Source: a virus
Lineage: Duplodnaviria > Heunggongvirae > Uroviricota > Caudoviricetes
Direction: 5' to 3' (one strand)
IMG/VR virus record: IMGVR_UViG_2630968500_000005
DNA length: 10,132 nucleotides
The notes beneath the pieces were generated by a model. It made no database searches. It saw only the letters and a program-made list of their open reading frames with translations, and was not told the DNA's origin. Below, in pieces: positions 1 through 10,132 of this stretch. The position numbers were made by a program, and so were the translations under genes. How positions within the stretch are numbered: the first letter of the stretch is position 1; each line of letters begins with the position of its first letter.

Positions 1-536
1 GAGGCGGTGCAATTTGCGCTATCGCGGTGATGATTACCATCGTGATGGGTAATGGCAATGTGCGAACCAACCAGGCGGGGCTTGAGCTTATCGGAAGCGC
101 TGAAGGTTGCCGACGTGATCCATACATGTGCCCGGCAGGGGTATGGACTGACGGGATCGGTAATACACACGGGGTAACGCCGGGTGTGCGAAAAACAGAC
201 CAGCAAATCGCCGCTGATTGGGAAAAGAATATCCTGATCGCTGAACGCTGTATTAACCAGCACTTCCGGGGCAAAGACATGCCCGATAATGCCTTCAGTG
301 CAATGACAAGCGCGGTATTCAATATGGGATGCAATAGCTTACGGACCTACTACAGCAAAGCGCGAGGCATGCGAGTAGAAACGTCCATCCACAAGTGGGC
401 GCAGAAAGGGGAATGGGTGAATATGTGTAACCATCTCCCTGATTTCGTGAACAGTAACGGCGTGCCCCTGCGAGGCTTAAAGATTCGCCGTGAAAAAGAA
501 CGCCAGCTTTGCCTGACGGGACTGGTCAATGAATAA
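1..536 (+). CDS. lyz: SAR endolysin (P1 Lyz-type lysozyme), 5'-partial; true start about 20 nt upstream of the window
   Basis: The frame is open from nt 3 and reads GGAICAIAVMITIVMGNGNVRTNQAGLELIGSAEGCRRDPYMCPAGVWTDGIGNTHG..., a Gly/Ala-rich weakly hydrophobic N-terminus (SAR domain) followed by a T4-lysozyme-like E-x8-C/D...T-D-G-I-G motif. Cys codons sit at 15-17, 108-110 and 129-131 and a Glu codon at 102-104, the spacing recalled for P1 Lyz Cys13/Glu42/Cys44/Cys51. Stop TAA at 534-536. The GTG at 27 used by the ORF track is an internal Val codon, not the start. Confidence 0.9.
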   Translation, partial: GGAICAIAVMITIVMGNGNVRTNQAGLELIGSAEGCRRDPYMCPAGVWTDGIGNTHGVTPGVRKTDQQIAADWEKNILIAERCINQHFRGKDMPDNAFSAMTSAVFNMGCNSLRTYYSKARGMRVETSIHKWAQKGEWVNMCNHLPDFVNSNGVPLRGLKIRREKERQLCLTGLVNE

Positions 537-783
537 ACTCCGGCAGCTCCGCCGACTTTCGACAATGAAGTTATCGCTGGCGGCGATAGTTTTCGACTCG
601 ATTTTCATGGCGGTATATGTGCTCAATGAGTCGTGGCCACTGGAACCGCTATTATATGCCGGGCTTCGGCTGTGCCTGACATTTTTGAGCATGGCTGCAA
701 GATTGATGCAGCAGAAAGAAACCGCTTCAGATTGTCCACGCCGCGCGGTGCGCAAATATATGGCACGCAGGCGAAAGCGATAA
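529..783 (+). CDS. hypothetical small membrane protein (84 aa, two predicted TM segments, strongly basic C-terminal tail); holin/pinholin-like topology, function unproven
   Basis: ATG at 529 overlaps the lyz stop (ATGAATAA), suggesting translational coupling. Hydrophobic stretches LSLAAIVFDSIFMAVYVL (about nt 574-628) and LLYAGLRLCLTFLSMAARLM (about nt 649-708), then tail RRAVRKYMARRRKR. Stop TAA at 781-783 sits 14 nt before an intrinsic terminator. Several rare Arg codons and no clear SD keep confidence low. Confidence 0.4.
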   Translation: MNKLRQLRRLSTMKLSLAAIVFDSIFMAVYVLNESWPLEPLLYAGLRLCLTFLSMAARLMQQKETASDCPRRAVRKYMARRRKR

Positions 784-796
784 TAGTTAACGATAC

Positions 797-822
797 CCCC
801 GGCAGCCGCCGGGGTTATTTTT
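797..822 (+). terminator. rho-independent terminator between convergent lysis and head genes
   Basis: Perfect 7-bp GC stem CCCCGGC (797-803) / GCCGGGG (808-814) with 4-nt loop AGCC, followed immediately by TTATTTTT (815-822). It lies 14 nt after the 529..783 stop and just past the pro stop (828-830) on the other strand, so it may act in both directions, with a weaker U-tract on the minus strand. Confidence 0.65.
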
Positions 823-827
823 GGTGG

Positions 828-3624
<2,797 letters not shown>

Positions 3625-6600
3625 ATGAACAAGCTATCTATGGGGGTGTTTCGCTGTTCAAGTGTCAGCGAAATATTGAAATACATTAGGGCAATAACAT
3701 CTCACCGAGCGCCGATTAGATACGGCGTGGAAAAGGTGGAAGGCAAAAGCTATGACCGACTACGCCGGGAGGCGAATCAGAAGGCGATAGATTTGCTTAA
3801 TTCGCTGGTGGACGGCGCGACACTGACAGATGAACAGCGCCAGATCCTGGCTGGGTACACCGGTGAAGGCGGCATTGGCGGGTCCGTCTCCGAATATTAC
3901 ACACCAAAGCCGATCGCTGAAGGTGTCTGGGAGATCATGAAGCTCTACGGCGCGGACGTAGGTAACACTCTGGAACCATCGGCGGGAACCGGCGTTTTTA
4001 ATGAGACAAAACCGGTTGGTACGGTGATGACCGCGACTGAGATCAGCAGTGTTTCCGGTCGTATAAACCAGTTGTTACACCCGGAAGACAGCGTACAGAT
4101 TTCCCCGTTCGAACAGCTGGCTATAAGCACGCCTAACGATTCATTCGACCATGTTGTGGGTAACGTTCCGTTCGGCGGTCGTGATAACACACGCAACATC
4201 GATAAGCCTTACGCAGAAGAAACGGACATGGGTTCTTACTTCATGCTCCGCATGCTGGACAAGATAAAGCCAGGCGGATTCATGTGCGTGATTGTGCCGC
4301 CGTCCATTGTTTCAGGTTCAAACATGAAGCGGTTACGCCTGCGCCTATCACGGAAAGCTGAATTTCTTGGTGCCCACCGCTTGCCTACCGGTACTTTTGA
4401 CGCAAACGGGACCAGTACGGTCGTTGACGTGGTGCTGATGCGCAAACATCCGGCGGAGATGGCTGAGAAAATCCCCCTGGTGGATGAAGGCACTCTTGAA
4501 TCGGCAAATGTGCTTTGGCCAACGTTTATTTCTGGCAAGTGGTTTGAAAAGGATGGCCGCCGGTTTGTTCATGGCACTCAGGAGAAGGGATTCCAGGGGC
4601 GTATTGAGGTTCGTGCCGACGGTCAGATTGATAACCAGGCTCTTAAAGCGAAGCTGATTCATCGTTTCGAAAGCCGTATCGACTGGTCTTTGCTCGATAT
4701 GGCTGAACCGTCACCGACCGCAGACGTTGTTGGTGAAGGGGAAATGCGCCTGATTAATGGTGTATGGCAAAAATATGCTGGTGGTCGCTGGATTGAAGCT
4801 GATGCCGGGAAGGAACTTAAGATCGATGCTGCCAGTTATGGCGCGGATAGCTGGGAGGCTCTTCAGCGTAACCTGACTACAACAGAAGGCCGTCTCGGCA
4901 TGACATTTACCCAGATGGCAAATGTCCGCGATAAGTACACCACATCAATCAGCGACGATATGGTGCAGCTGGTGGACTGGATTAACAGCCAGCCTGAAAA
5001 ATACCGTGAACGCTTGTATCGTGGGGCGATGATTGGCCGGATGTTAATTGAATATCAGGATATGAAGGCCGCCGGGCATAGTGCTGAACAAATCGAACAG
5101 CAGCGCCTTTCTCTGGTATCCCGTTTGCAGGCAGAGATTGACCGTTTTGGTAACCCCGGTCGCGGTCCGATAGCGAAATTATCGGGGAGCGGTGCGCGCG
5201 CCTGGTTTGCTTTCCGTGGTGCAATTAAGCTGGATGGCACTATTTCTGACGAGCTGACAGGAAAACTGGTTACGCATGATTCCAGCGCCAGTTATGACTC
5301 CACCAGCTATCAGGACACCCTGCGTTATCTCTACAGTGATCTCACTCGCGATCCAATCCAGCTCGATGATTTCCGCCTTGCGTTTACCGGCGAACTGCCA
5401 GCCAGTGATGACGAGTTGCTTAATTTATTGGCCAGCACCCCTGGTATTGCGGTTTCACCGTATGGCGGGATTGTTCCGTTCGCCCGCGCCACCAGCGGCG
5501 ACATTAACGAGATAGTAGCTCCAAAACAGGAATTCCTTGCCACACTCCCCGACGGTCCAGTAAAGAACAACGTCCTTAATCAGCTGGCAGCGATCGAAGA
5601 GAAGCGCATCAAGACGCCAGCAGAGAATATCCGGTTTAAGCTCAATAGCCGTTGGTTCGACCGTTCCGTCATTCTGGAATTTTTGCAGGAAAACGGCTAT
5701 CCGGATCTGCGCTATGTGCAGTCAGTGCAGCTGGAAGGCGACGAAATGGTTTCTGACACCTATCACGGTGGTGATGGTCTGTTCGTCGGGCACCGATACG
5801 GTGTCGTCCAGCGCAAGGATAAAGAAACAGGCGAGATCCGCTACGAGTGGGACCGTAAATCAGGTGAAAACGCGACCGGGTTCCCGGCACAACTGGAAAA
5901 GTATCTCAATGGTGCACGTATTGGTGGCAAAGATAGCGCGACGGCGAACGGCTACCGCGAGCAGATGGCACTGCTTGAGGACCAGTTCAATAAGTGGATC
6001 AAGACGCACGATCGCTACGATGAGCTGGTTGCCAAATACAACGATGTTTTCAATAGCAATATTCCGTATGAACATTCTGGCGATCCGCTTGGGTTGAAGG
6101 GATTAAGCGGTAAGCGCCAGCCATTTGATTACCAGAATAGCGAGGTGCGCCGACTGTCCGAAGATGGGCGCGGCATCCTGGGCTTCGGCACCGGGCTGGG
6201 TAAAACCACGACCGCGCTGGCGCTTGAGGCGTTCAACTATGAGAACGGTCGCTCCACCCGTACTGCGTATGTAGTGCCTAAATCAGTGCTGGAAAACTGG
6301 TATTACGAAGCAAAAGAATTCCTGAGTGAAGAGGCATTCAGTAACTACCTGTTCGTCGGTCTTGATGTGCTGATGGATGGCGATCAGATTCGCCAGGTGC
6401 CGGTGCTCGATGAGAACGGTAAACCTGTTCTTGGTACTGATGGCACTCCAGTTATGCGCGATGCCCTTAAACTGGCAGATGAAGCCACTATCACGGCGCG
6501 TATGAACGCGATCCCGCACTCAAATTACCGTGCAGTCGTGTTTACCAAAGAACAATACGCCCGCATTCCGCTACGTGATGACACCGTAGATGAGCATGCA

Positions 6601-9600
6601 CAGGATATGCTTTATGACTTCGTTGCTGCCGGGCGCGTAGCCAGCGCAATGAACTCCGACTCCCACCGCAAAGAGGCCGCGCGTCGCCGGGTATTGTCGG
6701 AGTATTCAGATACCGGTACCGAAAAAGCAGAGAAGTATCCGTACTTTGAGGATATGGGCTTCGACAGCGTGATTGCTGACGAAGGCCACAACTACCGCAA
6801 TAGCTATAAAAATGGTCGCGAAGCGTCACAGCTGGCCTATCTGCCCACCAGCGCGGTGGCGCAATCGGCGCGAGATATGGCAATCAAAAACGCGTACCTG
6901 ATGAAAAAGAATGGCGGGCGCGGGCCGGTTCTCCTGACTGCAACGCCAGTCGTTAACACTCCGATCGATGCATACAACATGCTTTCTCATGTTCTGCCGA
7001 AGGAATACTGGCAGAAGATGGGGATCTACGGTCCTGATGACTTCGTTAAATTCTTCGGCAAGACCAGGCTGGAAACGGTACAGAAAATCAGCGGTGAAGT
7101 TGAAGAAAAAATGGCGCTGGTGGGCTTTGAAAACCTTGATGCGCTGCGCGGCATATTCCATCGCTGGACAACGCTTAAAACGGCGGAAGACGTTAAGGAT
7201 ACCGTGGAGATCCCGGAGCTGGACGAACACCAGCAGGATGCACCACTTACTGAAGAACAACTGGCGGCGTATGAAGAATTACGCCAGCAGGCGGAAGCGG
7301 CGGCCAAAGCCAACAATGGCGTAACGACCTCGGTCGATGAAGACGGAGTGATTGAGCACGAGAAAGCCCGTCCGATCTTCTCAATAATCAGGGATATGGA
7401 CCGCGTATGTACTGACATGGACCTGTACTATCGCCGGATCACCTATCGTTTCCTGCCGGAGTACGCCGATGCAGTGCAGCAACTGGCGGACAGTTTGCCT
7501 AAACAAGCCACCAGCGAAGACGACGACAGTGATGATTCAATCACGCAGCAATCGCAATACTCCCTGATAGATAAGGGCGAGTTTATTCAGTTGCAGGTTC
7601 CGGAAGCGTTTGAGCAGGAAGTGAATAAGCGCCTGGCCAGGTTTGGCATTGACGAACAGACCGTAACTCACCCCGTTACACCCAAATACGCGAAGCTGAT
7701 CGCCACGCTGAAGGAGTTTTTCCCGGAAGGTAAGCAAATCATCTTCACGGACGAAAAAACGCAGCACCAGAAGCTCAAGCGCATTATCTGCAATGCTCTT
7801 AACCTTGAACCTTCAAAGGTGGGGATCCTGAATGCTCAGACGGTTGCCGAGGCAGGTAAAACCGGTAAGAAACTGAAAGCGGTTAAACCGCCGAAAGAGT
7901 TACCGGATGAACCAACAGATGCACAGATAGCGAAATACAACGAGCAAATGGCTCTGTATGACGCCTATATCGCGCAGCAAAATGAAATGTCGTTGGGCGG
8001 TCTGGAAAAGATTGCAGCCGACTTCCAGGAGGGCCGGACTCCGATCATCATCTGCAACAAAAAGGCAGAGGTGGGTATCAACCTGCATCGAGGAACGACG
8101 GATATCCACCACCTGACGTTGCCGTGGACTCCAGCCAGTATCGCACAACGTAACGGTCGCGGTGCCCGAGTTGGCTCCAACCGTGCAAGCGTTCGCGTTC
8201 ATTACTACTGCGGCAAGGGGTCTTTCGATGAATACCGACTGAAGACGCTGAAGCGTAAAGCAGGCTGGATCTCCGATATCCTCCGTTCAGATAAGTCAGA
8301 AATGGAGAACGCCGATGCCAACGATATGATCGAAATGCAGATGTATACCGCTAAGGATGATGGCGAACGTCTGGCAATGATGCAGGTTCAAATGGATAAG
8401 GCGAAAGCCGCGCAACGCGCTCGCCAGAAAGAACAGGCTACTATCGACCTTCAGAACTACATCAAGGCGCAGCACGCAGCTGGCGAGGATGTGGAGGTAC
8501 TTACCGCTGAATTAGAGCGAAACAAAGCGGAACTTGAAAAGACCACCGCCGAGGTAGCTAAATTCAAACAGGCGGCAATGGCCAAAGCAGCTGATAACGC
8601 AGACTGGAAGACCCGCTGGGGTAGCGTCCATCACACAGACCGTACGTTGTTAGCACAGTATCGCGCGTCGTTGAAAAGCGCCATTCAGCGCAAGGCTAAT
8701 ATCTCTCAAGCCATCTCCCGCTATGAGAAATTATTGAACCGTACTCAGAAGGCCGCGACGGATATCAAACGCCTGCGCCCGCTGGTGGAGGATGCAATAA
8801 ATAAAGGCATTCTGGATGTTGATCCTGATCTGGTTAACCATGCGAGTGAGTTCCTTGTTATCGGCGATCGCTCATGGCGTGTAGGCCAATACTACGATTG
8901 TGCCGGTGATATCGTTCGCATTAAGTCGCTGGACTTCGACAGCCAGCGCGCAGACGTGGAGATCATCTTTACCTTCAAAGGCACCAAATCGGGTAACTGG
9001 GATGTGAAGACGCTGGATAAACAGGTAGATGTGACTCCCGATGAAGATGCTGTTATGCAGAAAATCAGTGGTGGCGTCTCCATCGCCGGGATTAACGGCA
9101 TCATTTCCTGTGACGATTTCTACCGTTTCCAGCAGCGCGGCATGATCAAAATCACTGACTCATACGGCGTTCAGACTACAGAGTCAGGCTATAGCATTGA
9201 TTTTGTTGGTACCTATACGGACCCACTGAAGCATGCGGTTTACCCGGATCGCCGTGACGGCGCGCTGAAGTCGTCAATTGCTAAATGGGTGCTTGGTATG
9301 ATGTCGGAAGGGAATAACCGCCAGGTCCGTTTGGCAGAAGTATTCCTGACTGAACTGTTTGGCTCCAATTATAGCGATGTAATCGCGTCATACGGAGATA
9401 CGTTATCCCCTGAAGCAATTCAGGAGAAAATAGCGGATGCGATCGCCAGAATGCCGGAGAAAACAAGCCAGGGGGCTACTCGTAACGGGGATTCTGAACT
9501 TGAGATCACCAATGCCATTTTCGGTACCAATGAGTTCCGGGCGTCAGATTTTGAGGTCACCACAGCACAGTTTGGCCCCATTGGCATTTACAGCAATAAA

Positions 9601-10098
9601 GACGAGATCAAGCAGGCAATGGACGCAGCAAGCGCGCGCATTGCAGCAGAACGGAAAGCCAATCTGAATCATGCAGTCGCCGCGCTGACTCAATCGTGGG
9701 TAACAGCAATCAGGGAGGCCGCCACCACAGGGAAAATCACACCGGCAATTGCGGATGTCGTAAACAACGGCTCTAAATTTATGGATGCCTATCAAATGGA
9801 TGCGGTGCAGTTGCCATCAGCCTATGGCCAACTCAGCTATCGCATGACCTACAACCTGGTATCAATGTTTATCATTGACGTCATGTTTCCGGGCCAGTGC
9901 GGCAATACTGCCTTCTTCTTCAAGAGCCAGCCTGACCAGTTCCATTTTGAATTCAGGGGAATAGTGTTTCCGGGGAAGTCTTTCTTTAGCGCGCATGAGG
10001 TGTCCACCTGCAAAATAAGTGGGTGCTTAAGTTACAGGATCCTGGATTCGGGACCAGACGGTACTCAGACGACGCTTACCTGTGTTGTTCTAAGGTGA
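3625..10098 (+). CDS. darB: DarB-like antirestriction protein: N-terminal N6-adenine DNA methyltransferase-like domain plus SF2 helicase core; 3' end appears IS-disrupted (native coding probably ends near 9870)
   Basis: ATG at 3625 with SD AAGGA 6 nt upstream. MTase motifs: TPKP (3901-3912), motif I LEPSAGTGVF (3970-3999), motif IV-like NVPF (4162-4173). Helicase motifs: Walker A GLGKTT (6196-6213), DEGH (6778-6789), TATP (6937-6948), motif VI QRNGRGAR (8146-8169). Acidic cluster SEDDDSDDS (about 7513-7539) and a coiled-coil region (about 8370-8620). A giant MTase-helicase fusion next to prt/pro/lyz matches P1 DarB. The last ~75 codons (about 9874-10098) are the antisense of an IS3-family OrfA fragment and are unlikely to be native. 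Confidence 0.85.
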   Translation: MNKLSMGVFRCSSVSEILKYIRAITSHRAPIRYGVEKVEGKSYDRLRREANQKAIDLLNSLVDGATLTDEQRQILAGYTGEGGIGGSVSEYYTPKPIAEGVWEIMKLYGADVGNTLEPSAGTGVFNETKPVGTVMTATEISSVSGRINQLLHPEDSVQISPFEQLAISTPNDSFDHVVGNVPFGGRDNTRNIDKPYAEETDMGSYFMLRMLDKIKPGGFMCVIVPPSIVSGSNMKRLRLRLSRKAEFLGAHRLPTGTFDANGTSTVVDVVLMRKHPAEMAEKIPLVDEGTLESANVLWPTFISGKWFEKDGRRFVHGTQEKGFQGRIEVRADGQIDNQALKAKLIHRFESRIDWSLLDMAEPSPTADVVGEGEMRLINGVWQKYAGGRWIEADAGKELKIDAASYGADSWEALQRNLTTTEGRLGMTFTQMANVRDKYTTSISDDMVQLVDWINSQPEKYRERLYRGAMIGRMLIEYQDMKAAGHSAEQIEQQRLSLVSRLQAEIDRFGNPGRGPIAKLSGSGARAWFAFRGAIKLDGTISDELTGKLVTHDSSASYDSTSYQDTLRYLYSDLTRDPIQLDDFRLAFTGELPASDDELLNLLASTPGIAVSPYGGIVPFARATSGDINEIVAPKQEFLATLPDGPVKNNVLNQLAAIEEKRIKTPAENIRFKLNSRWFDRSVILEFLQENGYPDLRYVQSVQLEGDEMVSDTYHGGDGLFVGHRYGVVQRKDKETGEIRYEWDRKSGENATGFPAQLEKYLNGARIGGKDSATANGYREQMALLEDQFNKWIKTHDRYDELVAKYNDVFNSNIPYEHSGDPLGLKGLSGKRQPFDYQNSEVRRLSEDGRGILGFGTGLGKTTTALALEAFNYENGRSTRTAYVVPKSVLENWYYEAKEFLSEEAFSNYLFVGLDVLMDGDQIRQVPVLDENGKPVLGTDGTPVMRDALKLADEATITARMNAIPHSNYRAVVFTKEQYARIPLRDDTVDEHAQDMLYDFVAAGRVASAMNSDSHRKEAARRRVLSEYSDTGTEKAEKYPYFEDMGFDSVIADEGHNYRNSYKNGREASQLAYLPTSAVAQSARDMAIKNAYLMKKNGGRGPVLLTATPVVNTPIDAYNMLSHVLPKEYWQKMGIYGPDDFVKFFGKTRLETVQKISGEVEEKMALVGFENLDALRGIFHRWTTLKTAEDVKDTVEIPELDEHQQDAPLTEEQLAAYEELRQQAEAAAKANNGVTTSVDEDGVIEHEKARPIFSIIRDMDRVCTDMDLYYRRITYRFLPEYADAVQQLADSLPKQATSEDDDSDDSITQQSQYSLIDKGEFIQLQVPEAFEQEVNKRLARFGIDEQTVTHPVTPKYAKLIATLKEFFPEGKQIIFTDEKTQHQKLKRIICNALNLEPSKVGILNAQTVAEAGKTGKKLKAVKPPKELPDEPTDAQIAKYNEQMALYDAYIAQQNEMSLGGLEKIAADFQEGRTPIIICNKKAEVGINLHRGTTDIHHLTLPWTPASIAQRNGRGARVGSNRASVRVHYYCGKGSFDEYRLKTLKRKAGWISDILRSDKSEMENADANDMIEMQMYTAKDDGERLAMMQVQMDKAKAAQRARQKEQATIDLQNYIKAQHAAGEDVEVLTAELERNKAELEKTTAEVAKFKQAAMAKAADNADWKTRWGSVHHTDRTLLAQYRASLKSAIQRKANISQAISRYEKLLNRTQKAATDIKRLRPLVEDAINKGILDVDPDLVNHASEFLVIGDRSWRVGQYYDCAGDIVRIKSLDFDSQRADVEIIFTFKGTKSGNWDVKTLDKQVDVTPDEDAVMQKISGGVSIAGINGIISCDDFYRFQQRGMIKITDSYGVQTTESGYSIDFVGTYTDPLKHAVYPDRRDGALKSSIAKWVLGMMSEGNNRQVRLAEVFLTELFGSNYSDVIASYGDTLSPEAIQEKIADAIARMPEKTSQGATRNGDSELEITNAIFGTNEFRASDFEVTTAQFGPIGIYSNKDEIKQAMDAASARIAAERKANLNHAVAALTQSWVTAIREAATTGKITPAIADVVNNGSKFMDAYQMDAVQLPSAYGQLSYRMTYNLVSMFIIDVMFPGQCGNTAFFFKSQPDQFHFEFRGIVFPGKSFFSAHEVSTCKISGCLSYRILDSGPDGTQTTLTCVVLR
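9862..9996 (-). pseudogene. truncated IS3-family transposase OrfA (N-terminal HTH fragment, 44 codons)
   Basis: Direct translation of the reverse complement of 9862-9996 gives 44 residues with the IS3-family OrfA HTH signature, then a premature stop where homology to darB resumes. Too short to be functional. Confidence 0.45.
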
Positions 10099-10132
10099 GC
10101 ATATCACCTCTGTTCAGGTGGCCAAATTCAGT
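9874..10132 (-). mobile_element. IS3-family insertion sequence remnant (left end plus 5' part of transposase OrfA), abutting or truncating darB
   Basis: The minus strand encodes MRAKERLPRKHYSPEFKMELVRLALEEEGSIAALARKHDVN from ATG at 9996-9994, a close match to the helix-turn-helix pattern of IS3/IS911-type OrfA (..R.YS.EFK.E.V.L....G.S...AR...V.). The match stops abruptly near 9874, after which the frame hits TGA (9864-9862) and the sequence is darB-like. The outer terminus is probably near 10112-10116 (RC TGAAC...) or beyond the window. Boundaries are approximate. Confidence 0.5.

Noticed and set aside
477-755. 92-aa minus-strand ORF
   Set aside because: Overlaps the 3' end of lyz on the opposite strand; no supporting signals.
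6283-7418. Minus-strand ORFs inside darB (6283..6519, 6542..6883, 6826..7260, 7026..7418) and others at 3945..4662, 4982..5570, 5669..6075, 7537..8202, 8892..9104, 9281..9466, 9544..9795
   Set aside because: All are antisense or out of frame within the long darB ORF, whose helicase and MTase motifs fix the true frame.
9862-10098. Treating the C-terminal ~75 codons of the 2157-aa ORF as genuine DarB sequence
   Set aside because: The opposite strand encodes a textbook IS3-family OrfA HTH, and the plus-frame translation is compositionally aberrant; read-through into IS DNA is more likely.

Overview
This window reads as a segment of a P1-like temperate phage (or P1-type plasmid-prophage) genome. 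Left to right: (1) the 3' ~98% of a SAR endolysin gene (lyz) whose translation matches the P1 Lyz signature, running off the left edge; (2) a small translationally coupled ORF encoding a two-TM membrane protein, followed by a clean rho-independent terminator; (3) on the minus strand, an overlapping pair of head-morphogenesis genes, a 569-aa portal-like protein (prt) and a ~339-aa prohead protease with a coiled-coil tail (pro); (4) a 75-bp divergent intergenic region; (5) a giant ~2,100-aa ORF with an N-terminal N6-adenine methyltransferase-like domain and a central SF2 helicase core, the architecture of the P1 DarB antirestriction protein. Its 3' end appears to be replaced by the antisense of an IS3-family transposase OrfA remnant, so darB looks truncated and chimeric. 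The window also carries 12 Chi octamers, far above chance. Gene names rest on recalled P1 organisation and on motifs read from the translations; no database search was possible.
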